Shown here piece after piece: positions 37,720 to 46,770 of a stretch of 64,000 nt of DNA. The position numbers and the translations under genes are program-made. How positions within the stretch are numbered: the first letter of the stretch is position 1; each line of letters begins with the position of its first letter. The stretch spans positions 1,344,001-1,408,000 of the forward strand of contig CAVUCU010000001.1 of the NCBI GenBank assembly GCA_963740085.1. Direction: 5' to 3'. This DNA is from Nitrospirota bacterium (lineage in GTDB: Bacteria > Nitrospirota > UBA9217). The notes under the pieces were generated by a model. That model was not told the origin of the DNA, ran no database searches, and saw nothing but the letters and a program-made list of their open reading frames with translations.

Positions 37720-37943
37720 GGCTCCTCCTGTTTTACAAAAAAGGAGATTTGTTCCCTGTGAAAGTGCGGCCGGGCAACGATGATAGTGTCAATTATACCA
37801 GAAGACCGGGAACAGGGCGCGGCCACGTCTACCTGTGCCCGGAGTCGCTGGAGATTGCCGGGATAGATCGTAACCGGTATTATGACGTGACGGATTAAAG
37901 CAGTCGGCCGGTCTTTTCTCCGCCCTCACCTGAATAGCAGGGT

Positions 37944-38996
37944 TTATGATTGCCGGTCGACTTCTTCATAAACAAGGCGGGTGATATCTCGGATAACTTT
38001 TTTCAACTGTTCATCACTGTTTCCCCGCGCCATAACTCCGAGGAGGAACGGTCGGTTCGGATGATAAATGATCCCGAATTCGTGCACCTGGATAAGCTCT
38101 GTTTCTTCATCGGATGAAGTTGCCGGGATTATCCTCTCTCCATACTTGCTTGCGATGCTGATGTTCGGTGGAATACCGGAAGCCATTCCCTCTCGAAAGG
38201 AGGACTTGGAAAGATAGCGGAGCGCCTTCTCTGACATTTCCTCGGAGAGATAGGACGCATTGAACAGGACGCGATAGAACGCGGCAAAGGAATTCAAGGA
38301 CAGGGCATCCTCCTGCTTGTGCGGATCATACTCTACATACAGGTCCCTGAATATCTTCTCAAGGCGGCCTGCGGGCAGGTTCGCATATAATATCGCGTAC
38401 GCTGCGGCATCATCGTGGGCGATCATCCGGTAGATAAGGTCATTGACGGTTGCGGTTTGCCCTGACTCAGGCTTTTTCACCGGCCCATCATGCCCCTCCC
38501 CGTCCTCTTCGTTCGTGCGGGTATAGGTCAGGGTCTTTCGCAGAACCAGCGGGTTCGTTTCCGCCCATTTGAAATAGGCGATCATAAGCGGTATCTTGAG
38601 CAGGTTCTTCGGCGAAAACTTTTCATGCTCATTGATGCCGAACCAGTTTCCGTTGTTCAGATCGCGAAAGTATACCGAAACAGCAACTGCATCCCCCTGT
38701 TTCAGCGTGTCTGCAATCAGGGTGTTCACTTTATACTGGAACGGCTTCAACTCGCTGCTCGCCGGCAGGCCTTGAGCCTCTTTCGTGTCCTTCGATTCGC
38801 GTATGAACGCGAAGGTTTCTTCCCTGCCCTCGGACGCACGTTCGCCCTTAACCGTGGAAAGCGGGGTGAACAGCCCCATGCCGGCACCGATGAATATCCC
38901 CAGCGCGAAGGACCCGGTAATGAGGGTCAGCAGGAGGGGCCTGGCAATCGACACCATTTTTCTCTCTTTTTTTTCAGTCATACCGATGTGCACCAT
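37944..38996 (-). CDS. Class A beta-lactamase-like serine hydrolase homolog with degenerate active site, membrane-anchored
   Basis: SVYFRDLNNG.W.GIN..F, L..MI, KYG and HE.GIIY....PFLL.VM; the SxxK position reads NLLK and SDN reads DDA. Start codon uncertain. Confidence 0.75.
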   Translation of the reverse strand: MVHIGMTEKKERKMVSIARPLLLTLITGSFALGIFIGAGMGLFTPLSTVKGERASEGREETFAFIRESKDTKEAQGLPASSELKPFQYKVNTLIADTLKQGDAVAVSVYFRDLNNGNWFGINEHEKFSPKNLLKIPLMIAYFKWAETNPLVLRKTLTYTRTNEEDGEGHDGPVKKPESGQTATVNDLIYRMIAHDDAAAYAILYANLPAGRLEKIFRDLYVEYDPHKQEDALSLNSFAAFYRVLFNASYLSEEMSEKALRYLSKSSFREGMASGIPPNISIASKYGERIIPATSSDEETELIQVHEFGIIYHPNRPFLLGVMARGNSDEQLKKVIRDITRLVYEEVDRQS

Positions 38997-39011
38997 GATT
39001 ACTGCATTTGA

Positions 39012-39521
39012 TCATGTTCCCGCCTGTTTCGATCTCTTCGATGGCTTGTTCACTTCCGGGGAAAGGATGAGCTGAGGAGGTATCCCCTGCGCACCGAGGA
39101 GCTCAACAAGCTGATCCAGGCCCTCCGCGATATTTTTGAGCCGTTTTAGCGGCAGCTCTTTAAGACCGGCGACCAGAAGTCCCTGCGCCACTTCGGGTGC
39201 TTTCATCATCAGGGCCTCTCCCCGGGCGGTCATCTCTACGCGCACCACGCGACGGTCTTCTTTTGAGCGCACCCGGGTGACAAGATCCTGTTTTTCCAGG
39301 CGATCAAGTATGCCCACCACGGTAGCGGGATGCAGATACATCTGCCGCGCGATCTCCGAGACCATGATCGGCGCACCCTGCGAGATGATCTTGATCGCCC
39401 AGAGCTGCGGACCGGTGAGCCCCGTCTCCCGCTCGGCTTTCTTCGACTGCCCGTTCACGACCTGGAAAACCCGCCGCAGATTATCGACGATCTCTGATAC
39501 CGTATCCGGATTGATGGACAT
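39012..39521 (-). CDS. MarR family transcriptional regulator
   Basis: GLTGPQLW, ATVVGILDRLE and R..S.EDRR winged-helix motifs. Confidence 0.92.
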   Translation of the reverse strand: MSINPDTVSEIVDNLRRVFQVVNGQSKKAERETGLTGPQLWAIKIISQGAPIMVSEIARQMYLHPATVVGILDRLEKQDLVTRVRSKEDRRVVRVEMTARGEALMMKAPEVAQGLLVAGLKELPLKRLKNIAEGLDQLVELLGAQGIPPQLILSPEVNKPSKRSKQAGT

Positions 39522-39564
39522 CCTGTCTCCTTATAAACAGCTTGACAAATAAACGCGTTCATGG

Positions 39565-39614
39565 TAAACAGTTTGTATTCAAATGATTTTAACACAAACG
39601 ATTTAGGCGGGCAA
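39565..39614. promoter_or_regulatory. Imperfect inverted repeat (putative MarR operator) overlapping the marR promoter
   Basis: TAAACAGTTTGTATTCAAAT-g-ATTTTAACACAAACGATTTA, 16 of 20 arm positions complementary. The minus strand reads TTGCCC-17 nt-TAAAAT. Confidence 0.55.
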
Positions 39615-39790
39615 GCGAAATCAGCCAGGAGTATTTTATTCTCTTTCATCGTCATTGAGCACCTCGCCGCCTTCACGCTCTGCGACGGCGAATCTGTTTC
39701 AGCGGCGAGCATCACGAGTACGCGGCAGCCCATTCACATCACCTCACTTGAAACACCGGGGAACGACCAAATTTAAAAGGAGGATTTTTT

Positions 39791-40354
39791 ATGCGGAAAC
39801 ATCTTCAACTGTATCTCTTGGCAATAACAGCACTGGCGTTGCTGGTACTTTGGGGGTGCCCAAAGAAGACGCAAATGACAACCTCGCAGGAAACGCAGAC
39901 GGAAAAAGTGACCGCCCCCGCGACGCCGTCGGCTGAGGCGAACGATATGGACAATAGGTCTGCGCCGGGGACTGGCGGCAGCAATGAACGGTACGGGGAG
40001 CAGGCGCTTGCTGCGGGCGGCGGCCTGAAGCCAGTTTATTTCGATTATGACAGATCATCCTTACGGGCCGATGCCGGAGCGACCATGAAAGCGAATGCTG
40101 AATGGTTGAAGGCACACCCTGCGGAGAAGATCAGGATCGAGGGAAACTGTGACGACCGGGGGACAAAAGAATACAACGTGGCGCTTGGCCAGCGGCGAGC
40201 CGCGGCAGCGAAGAAGTATCTCACGGACCTGGGCATTGCTCCCAGGAGAATATCCCTTTTGAGCTATGGCAAAGAAAAACCAGTCTGCACGAATGACGGC
40301 GAGGCGTGTTGGCAAAAGAACAGAAGAGATGATTTTGTTGTTGCAGGCCCGTAA
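39791..40354 (+). CDS. pal: Peptidoglycan-associated lipoprotein Pal
   Basis: Lipobox LWGC; VYFDYD, IEGNCDDRGTKEYNVALGQRRA, SYGKEKP and NRR. Confidence 0.93.
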   Translation: MRKHLQLYLLAITALALLVLWGCPKKTQMTTSQETQTEKVTAPATPSAEANDMDNRSAPGTGGSNERYGEQALAAGGGLKPVYFDYDRSSLRADAGATMKANAEWLKAHPAEKIRIEGNCDDRGTKEYNVALGQRRAAAAKKYLTDLGIAPRRISLLSYGKEKPVCTNDGEACWQKNRRDDFVVAGP

Positions 40355-40572
40355 TGGGGCAGTAAGAGAACAGGAACCCTCGTGACCAGGTTGTTGGCGC
40401 GATCGCGGCACGAGGGCTTCACGCGCATTAAAACGGCTCTGACCTGACACACCACACCGTATTGGTTTATTCTCAAGGTGCCGCATGCATTCAACGGCTT
40501 CCGGTACCTTCCTGTATTTCTATGATATAATAGCAGCACGCACTTGGATCTCATTCCACGAGGAGGATACTG

Positions 40573-40947
40573 ATGGCTTATTTTGAAGGTATCAACTGGG
40601 AAACAATAAAGAAGGATCTCCAGAAGGGTCTGGGAAAAGGCATGGTTGCGGTAAAAAAAGGTGCGCTTGTTGCGCAAAAAAAGGTCGGCGAACTCGGGGA
40701 TGAGGGAAAACGGCAGTATAAGGTTTTTGCCCTCAAAACGAAGGTCCACCAGGGGTTCTCTGATCTTGGCGCCCGCGTGTATGCGCTCATGGGCACCCGG
40801 ACAAAAAACCCGTCACTTGACGCGAAAGTGAGGGACATCGTCTCACAACTGAAAAAGCTCGAGGCGCAGATCGGAGCCCTCGAATCAAGAAAAACAACCG
40901 TGGCAAGAAAAAAAACCGCGGCAAGAAAAAAAACCGTCAAACGATAA
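40573..40947 (+). CDS. Hypothetical basic coiled-coil protein with a Lys/Arg-rich repeat tail
   Basis: GGAGG RBS, upstream TGaTATAAT, amphipathic helices and tail SRKTTV-ARKKTA-ARKKTV. Confidence 0.7.
   Translation: MAYFEGINWETIKKDLQKGLGKGMVAVKKGALVAQKKVGELGDEGKRQYKVFALKTKVHQGFSDLGARVYALMGTRTKNPSLDAKVRDIVSQLKKLEAQIGALESRKTTVARKKTAARKKTVKR
40885..40938 (+). repeat. 18-nt tandem repeat, three copies
   Basis: tcaagaaaaacaaccgtg, gcaagaaaaaaaaccgcg, gcaagaaaaaaaaccgtc. Confidence 0.8.
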
Positions 40948-41225
40948 ATCCGCCGCTCTTTGCATCAATGACCATACCGTTTCATAGCGCGGGCGCAGGC
41001 GTCACGACGCACGACCGGGGCGCCTGCCCCTTTTGCTGCGTTGTCCGATTTTACTGTGGCTCGCGGTGGCCGAGGACCGGTGCCTGTCTCGAACATTCGC
41101 CTGATCACTGCTGCACCATCGACCGTATTATTACCAGACCATACCCAATTCATACATAAGGCGCTGGCCCTGGCGACCGTTTTTTCTGGTTGTTGGCGAC
41201 CACCCGGGACAAGAGAGGAGGCTGC

Positions 41226-41477
41226 ATGATTGTGCTCGTGCTCCTGATAGCCGTGGTATCGGCAATGGTCGTTTTTTCGGCACAAAACGCGTTTCCCGTT
41301 ATGGTCTCTTTTCTGTCGTGGAAATTTGAGGCTTCACTCGCCGTTGTCATACTTCTCTGCGTGCTCACCGGCGTTCTGATCGGAGGAGCGTTGGTTTCTT
41401 ACTGGCAACTTAAGCGATCCATCAAAAATAGAAAGATCCGTGCGCAAGGACCGATGGAGAGCAAGCCGCAGCGATGA
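41226..41477 (+). CDS. LapA (DUF1049) family small membrane protein, second copy
   Basis: VFSAQN..PV.VSFL.W.FEASLA; paralogous to 13633..13881; GGAGG RBS. Confidence 0.8.
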   Translation: MIVLVLLIAVVSAMVVFSAQNAFPVMVSFLSWKFEASLAVVILLCVLTGVLIGGALVSYWQLKRSIKNRKIRAQGPMESKPQR

Positions 41478-41516
41478 CACGCGGTATCCGCTGCGAACAC
41501 TTCACAGGGAGGCACC

Positions 41517-42560
41517 ATGGTTTTTTCGGGACAGCACATAGTAATACCTTTCGTCATCGTCCTGGCGTCAGCAGCGGTCCTGCTGATCTTCCGTGCAATA
41601 CTGTTTCGCATTCTCCGCCAGTGGGCGGCGCGGACTGAAACAAAATTCGATGATATCATCATCGCGTCGACCAAAAATCCTTCCCTGCTCCTTGCGGTGG
41701 CGATCGGCGTTCATCTCGGATTGTCCTTCTCGGAGATTCCCGAGAAGCATCTGGTCTATTTAAGCAGGATCATCCATATTATTATCATTCTGGCCGTGAC
41801 GCTCGCCTCAGCGAATATGGCGGGCCAGCTGTTTAAGAATTACATCAGGAAATCCAACCTCCCCATTCCCACGACCGGTCTTGCCTACGGAATCCTCAAA
41901 GGGGCAATTCTGGTGATCGGGCTTCTGATCTGTCTGAGCGTGCTGGGGGTATCGATCGCCCCCCTGCTCACGGCACTCGGCGTCGGCGGCCTCGCCGTGG
42001 CCCTGGCGCTCCAGGACACGCTGGCAAATCTTTTCGCCGGCATCCATATCCTGATGGAAAAGTCCATCCGGATCGGCGATTTCGTCAAACTCGAGACGGG
42101 ACAGGAAGGATACATTGATGATATCACCTGGAGGACCACGCGGGTCCGCATGCTGCCGAACAACGTCGTCGTTATCCCGAACAACAAGCTCGCTCAGAGC
42201 GTGGTCACGAACTACTACCTTCCGGAAAAGCGGATGTCGCTCCTGATATCGATCGGGGTGAGCTACTCCTCTGACCCGGAACAGGTGGAGCGGATCCTTG
42301 TCGACGTGGCCAAGAAAGGCGCCCTGGATATCCCGGGGCTCCTTGCGGAACCGGAACCGTTTGTGCGTTTCATTCCCGGCTTCGGTGACAGTTCACTGGA
42401 CTTTACCCTTATCTGCCAGGTCAAGGAATTTGTGGACCAGTACCTTGCCCAGCATGAGCTCAGAAAAAGGATCTTTAAGCGGTTCAACGAGGAAGGCATC
42501 GAGATCCCCTTCCCCCACCGTACCGTGTACCTGAGGGAGGAAAAGGAATGGAAAAAGTAG
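41517..42560 (+). CDS. Small-conductance mechanosensitive channel (MscS family)
   Basis: LGVGGLAVALALQDTLANLFAG, IGD, IPN..L, FGDSSL and GIEIPFP. Confidence 0.93.
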   Translation: MVFSGQHIVIPFVIVLASAAVLLIFRAILFRILRQWAARTETKFDDIIIASTKNPSLLLAVAIGVHLGLSFSEIPEKHLVYLSRIIHIIIILAVTLASANMAGQLFKNYIRKSNLPIPTTGLAYGILKGAILVIGLLICLSVLGVSIAPLLTALGVGGLAVALALQDTLANLFAGIHILMEKSIRIGDFVKLETGQEGYIDDITWRTTRVRMLPNNVVVIPNNKLAQSVVTNYYLPEKRMSLLISIGVSYSSDPEQVERILVDVAKKGALDIPGLLAEPEPFVRFIPGFGDSSLDFTLICQVKEFVDQYLAQHELRKRIFKRFNEEGIEIPFPHRTVYLREEKEWKK

Positions 42561-43225
42561 GCGATATCTTCGAATTCCGCCAGAGCGTCAGCATTCTCAA
42601 ATCCACGGGTGCGAAGGCGGGGACCCTGCGTGAGCTTCAAGACAAAATATCAACGATCAGCGAAGAGTCGATCTACCACCATACGTACCAGTATTTTCGG
42701 AAGGGGCATGCGCGGGAATACACGAATGATTTTGCCCATTGGGCGGGAGAGAGCCTGGAAGAACGGGCCTTATCGGAGCGGTTATCGAACATCGATCCCT
42801 ATACCTATTCGGACATCGACAGCCTGCGCAAGGTGATCCTGACGGTGATCGACGACCATCTGGAGAAGTTTCCTGAGCCGCGGGAGGCGATGCAGAAGGA
42901 CGAATTCCATTTTACGCAGACGGTCACGCTTGTGTTCCCGGCAGGAACACGGGCAAGGAACCTGGCCGAATTTCTCATGGCGATCAAATACGTGGACAGC
43001 GGATGCATCTACTACCACTTCTACGAAGCGCGGAAACGGCTCGGTGCGACCGTGGATGATTTTACCGCCTGGCTGGAGGGCGCCCTTGACAAAAAGGTGC
43101 TGGCTGGCCGGATCCGCGCGATCGACCCGTTCATGCATTCGATCGAAGGGATCCGCGAGCACATTGCCACCCTGGTCGAAGAAGAGTTGAAGCAGGACAT
43201 GGAATTCGTGGGGATCGCTCGATGA
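42548..43225 (+). CDS. DUF5752-like protein with internal duplication
   Basis: Two repeats of L.E....I..(V/I)....IY.H.Y..........DF..W....L...L..R...IDP; coupled to the treT-like gene. Confidence 0.7.
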   Translation: MEKVGDIFEFRQSVSILKSTGAKAGTLRELQDKISTISEESIYHHTYQYFRKGHAREYTNDFAHWAGESLEERALSERLSNIDPYTYSDIDSLRKVILTVIDDHLEKFPEPREAMQKDEFHFTQTVTLVFPAGTRARNLAEFLMAIKYVDSGCIYYHFYEARKRLGATVDDFTAWLEGALDKKVLAGRIRAIDPFMHSIEGIREHIATLVEEELKQDMEFVGIAR

Positions 43226-44433
43226 TCGATCAATATAAAGGGATATCCCCGCGAGGGGACCTGGTCGCCCTCCGGAAACTCGGCGACCTTCTGCATGACC
43301 GACGCTTTCTTCACATCAACTCCACCAAGGAGGGAGGAGGGGTCGCCGAGATCCTGCACCGGATGATCCCCATACTCAAGGCACTCGGCATCAACGCGCA
43401 GTGGGAAGTGATCAAGGGCGATGCGAAGTTCTATGACATCACCAAGAAGATGCATAATTCTCTTCAGGGGAATGACGAGAACCTGACACGGGATATGTGG
43501 GAATACCACGGGGCGGTCAACAGGAAGAACGCGGCGATGCTTGACCTCGAGGCAGACGCCGTGCTGATCCATGATCCGCAGCCGGCGCCCCTTATCGCGT
43601 ACCGGAAGTCGGGCATCTGGATCTGGCGCTGTCATATCGACGTGTCTGCCCCGCAACAGGATACCTGGAACGCGCTGAAGCGTTCCTGCACGAAATATGA
43701 CGCGGCCATATTCTCCGTTTCCAAATTTGCGAAATCCATGCCGGTCGAGGAGTTCATCATCCCCCCCTCTATCGACCCGATAAGCGAGAAGAACCGGGAG
43801 CTTTCACCTGAGGAGGTCAAGGAGACGGCGGACCGGTTCGGGATCCCGCTGGACCGGCCGATCATCCTTCAGGTATCGCGGTTTGACCGGTTCAAGGACC
43901 CCATCGGCGTGATCCAGGCGTACCGGATGGCAAAAAAATACAACGACTGCATCCTGGTCCTCGCGGGCAGTCCGGCAACGGACGACCCGGAAGGAGAAGC
44001 AGTATTGGCGGAAGTGAAGGATTACGCGGCAAATGACGAGGACATCCGTATCCTGATGCTGCCGCCTTTCAGCGATCGGGACATCAATGCCCTGCAGCGG
44101 ATGGCGGCCGTGGTGCTCCAGAAGTCCCTCAAGGAAGGTTTCGGCCTCACGGTCGCGGAGGCCATGTGGAAAGGAAAACCGGTGCTGGGGGGCGCCAATG
44201 GCGGGATCCCGCTCCAAATCTCGCACGGCATTACCGGTTTTCTCGTCCATTCTGTGGAAGGCGCCGCGTTCAGGATCCGGCAGCTGCTGAACAATCCCGA
44301 GATGTCGAAACGCATGGGAGAACAGGCGAAAGAACATGTCCGCCGCAATTTTCTGATCACGAGACAGGCACGGGACTATCTGACCGTGTGGTATTCGCTG
44401 TTGAATAAAGGAAGGAGCGTGCTTGAACTATGA
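43222..44433 (+). CDS. treT: Trehalose synthase TreT-like GT4 glycosyltransferase
   Basis: HINST..GGGVAEIL, TKK.HN.LQG, HDPQP, WRCHID, SRFD.FKD, DDPEG and EGFGLTV.EAMWK. Confidence 0.88.
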   Translation: MIDQYKGISPRGDLVALRKLGDLLHDRRFLHINSTKEGGGVAEILHRMIPILKALGINAQWEVIKGDAKFYDITKKMHNSLQGNDENLTRDMWEYHGAVNRKNAAMLDLEADAVLIHDPQPAPLIAYRKSGIWIWRCHIDVSAPQQDTWNALKRSCTKYDAAIFSVSKFAKSMPVEEFIIPPSIDPISEKNRELSPEEVKETADRFGIPLDRPIILQVSRFDRFKDPIGVIQAYRMAKKYNDCILVLAGSPATDDPEGEAVLAEVKDYAANDEDIRILMLPPFSDRDINALQRMAAVVLQKSLKEGFGLTVAEAMWKGKPVLGGANGGIPLQISHGITGFLVHSVEGAAFRIRQLLNNPEMSKRMGEQAKEHVRRNFLITRQARDYLTVWYSLLNKGRSVLEL

Positions 44434-46703
44434 CGCCGGACGAACGGTCGCACACCATCCAGAATACTTTCTCCGGGGACAGGCTCATCATCGTCTCGAA
44501 CCGGGAGCCCTATGTGCACAAACGGTCAGGCCTGCGGGTAAGCCTGGAAATGCCTGTCGGAGGACTCACCTCCGCCCTGGACGATGTACTAAAGACCACT
44601 CACGGAACATGGGTCGCATGGGGCAGCGGCAACGCCGATCGGGACAATGTCGACATGCACAGCCGCCTGCAGGTCCCTCCCGACGACCCCGGCTATACCT
44701 TGAAGCGTGTATGGCTCAAACCGCAGGACGTGGACAATTATTATCACGGCTACGCGAACCAGGTACTCTGGCCGCTTTGCCATATCACCCTCGATCGCGT
44801 GACCTATCGGAAGAACTTCTGGTTTTATTACGAACGGGTGAACTCGGCCTTTGCCGAAGCAGTGCTGGAAGAGGCCGACGAACGGTCCATCGTCTGGGTT
44901 CACGATTATCATCTCTGTCTCGTACCGCGCCTGCTGCGCGAGCGACAGCCGGGGCTTACGCTGGTGCACTTCTGGCACATCCCCTGGCCGGACTGGAGCG
45001 TGTTCCGTATCTGTCCCCAGTCCCGCGAGATACTGGAAGGGCTTCTGGCGAACGACCTCATCGGATTCCAGATTCCTCTGTTCGTAAAGACTTTCATGGA
45101 CTGCGTGAGGGAATGCCTGGATGCCGACATCGATTTCCAGCGCCGGACCGTAACCTACCGGGAGCATACGACACGCCTTGAAGCGTTCCCCATCAGTGTG
45201 GACTACGGCAAGTTCAACGCGCTCGCTTCATCGATACACGCGGCGAGGGCCATCGAGAATATCCGGCAGGAGCATGGTCTCCAGGGTCTCCTCGTCGGCA
45301 TCGGCGTGGACCGCCTTGAATATACCAAGGCGCTCATTAAGCGTCTGCAGGCTATCGAGATATTCTTCGAGCGCTATGCCTCGTTTCGGCGGAAATTCAC
45401 GTTTATCCAGATCGCCGTACCCACCCGCATGCGCGAGCCGTATCTGAGCTATAGCAAGGCTGTTGAGGGCATGATCGAGCGGATCAACAAACGCTTCGGC
45501 CAGGGTGTTTGGCAACCGATCATTTACATAACGACAAAGATCGACCACAAGGACCTTGCCGTATATTACCGGTTGGCCGACCTTGCCGTCATCAGCTCGG
45601 TGTATGACGGCATGAATCTCGTGGCAAAGGAGTATGTAGCGTCCCAGGCCGACGGTCAGGGTGTGCTTCTGCTGAGCGAATTCACCGGTGCTGCCGAGGA
45701 ACTGGAAGGAAGCCTTCTGGTCAATCCTTACAATGTGGAGGAGTTCTCGGACAGCATCAAACAGGCTCTGACCATGCATGCCGATGAAAAGCGCGCACGC
45801 ATGATGTCGCTTCGCCGACAGGTGAGCGAACATGATATTAACGCTTGGACCAAAGACGTGATCGGCGCAGCCCGTGTGATCCATGAGTTGAAACAAAGGG
45901 AGTGTCGTCCGTGGATCGAGAGTATGGACGAGATGCAGTCACGTCTGGGCAGTCGTGAGGTCTTTCTCTTCCTTGACTTCGACGGCACCCTTGCACCCAT
46001 CGCTGATTCGCCGGACCGGGCCGTGCTTCCCGCGCCCCTGCGGACTTCCCTGGAGCGCCTTCCGCGCATAGCGCGGCTCGCCGTCGTGAGCGGCCGCGCC
46101 CTTGGCGACCTCAGATCACGGGTGGGCATCGATGGACTTGTCTATGCCGGGAACCATGGGTCCGAGATCTGGATCGACGGCGACGTTTTGCGTGCAGACG
46201 GCGTTGATAAGACTACACAGACCCTGCGGACCTTCCTCGACAGGCTGCGGACAGGGCTCTCCAAGGTCTCCGGGGTGCTTATCGAGGACAAAGGAATCAC
46301 CGCGAGCATCCACTTTCGGCAGGTCGACCCATCCCAGGCGGGAGATGTGCTCCGGATTTTCTGGGACATTGCCCGCGATTATGAGAAGGCGTTCCGGATA
46401 ACGACCGGGAAAAAAGTGCTGGAGATCAGACCGCAGGCCGCGTGGAACAAGGGACATGCCGTGGCGCGGATCATGGAGTTGAAGGGGCGCGGCATGCTCC
46501 CGCTCTATGTGGGCGACGACACCACGGACGAGGACGCCTACCGCGCCATCAAGGGAAGCGGCATATCCGTCTCGATCGGCGCGAATGCCGGGTCGGACTA
46601 CTGTCTCAGCGACCAGGAGGAGGTCGGCGACTTTCTGGATTGGATCGCCGATGTCTTGTCCCGTCGTCACAACCTGGACCATGACCGTACCGGCCTGTCC
46701 TAG
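44430..46703 (+). CDS. otsAB: Bifunctional trehalose-6-phosphate synthase/phosphatase (OtsA-OtsB fusion)
   Basis: SNREP, GGL, HDYHL, HIPWP and DGMNLVAKEY, followed by a HAD domain with DFDGTL, GNHG, EDK and GDDTTDED. Confidence 0.93.
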   Translation: MTPDERSHTIQNTFSGDRLIIVSNREPYVHKRSGLRVSLEMPVGGLTSALDDVLKTTHGTWVAWGSGNADRDNVDMHSRLQVPPDDPGYTLKRVWLKPQDVDNYYHGYANQVLWPLCHITLDRVTYRKNFWFYYERVNSAFAEAVLEEADERSIVWVHDYHLCLVPRLLRERQPGLTLVHFWHIPWPDWSVFRICPQSREILEGLLANDLIGFQIPLFVKTFMDCVRECLDADIDFQRRTVTYREHTTRLEAFPISVDYGKFNALASSIHAARAIENIRQEHGLQGLLVGIGVDRLEYTKALIKRLQAIEIFFERYASFRRKFTFIQIAVPTRMREPYLSYSKAVEGMIERINKRFGQGVWQPIIYITTKIDHKDLAVYYRLADLAVISSVYDGMNLVAKEYVASQADGQGVLLLSEFTGAAEELEGSLLVNPYNVEEFSDSIKQALTMHADEKRARMMSLRRQVSEHDINAWTKDVIGAARVIHELKQRECRPWIESMDEMQSRLGSREVFLFLDFDGTLAPIADSPDRAVLPAPLRTSLERLPRIARLAVVSGRALGDLRSRVGIDGLVYAGNHGSEIWIDGDVLRADGVDKTTQTLRTFLDRLRTGLSKVSGVLIEDKGITASIHFRQVDPSQAGDVLRIFWDIARDYEKAFRITTGKKVLEIRPQAAWNKGHAVARIMELKGRGMLPLYVGDDTTDEDAYRAIKGSGISVSIGANAGSDYCLSDQEEVGDFLDWIADVLSRRHNLDHDRTGLS

Positions 46704-46770
46704 CCGGAAGTCGGATATAGCGGTTCCTGAAAACGCCGTGGATCAGCGGTGAAGGAGCACGGAGTGAACT

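Noticed and set aside
37944-38996. Functional beta-lactam resistance gene
   Set aside because: The catalytic SxxK serine and the SDN motif are absent.
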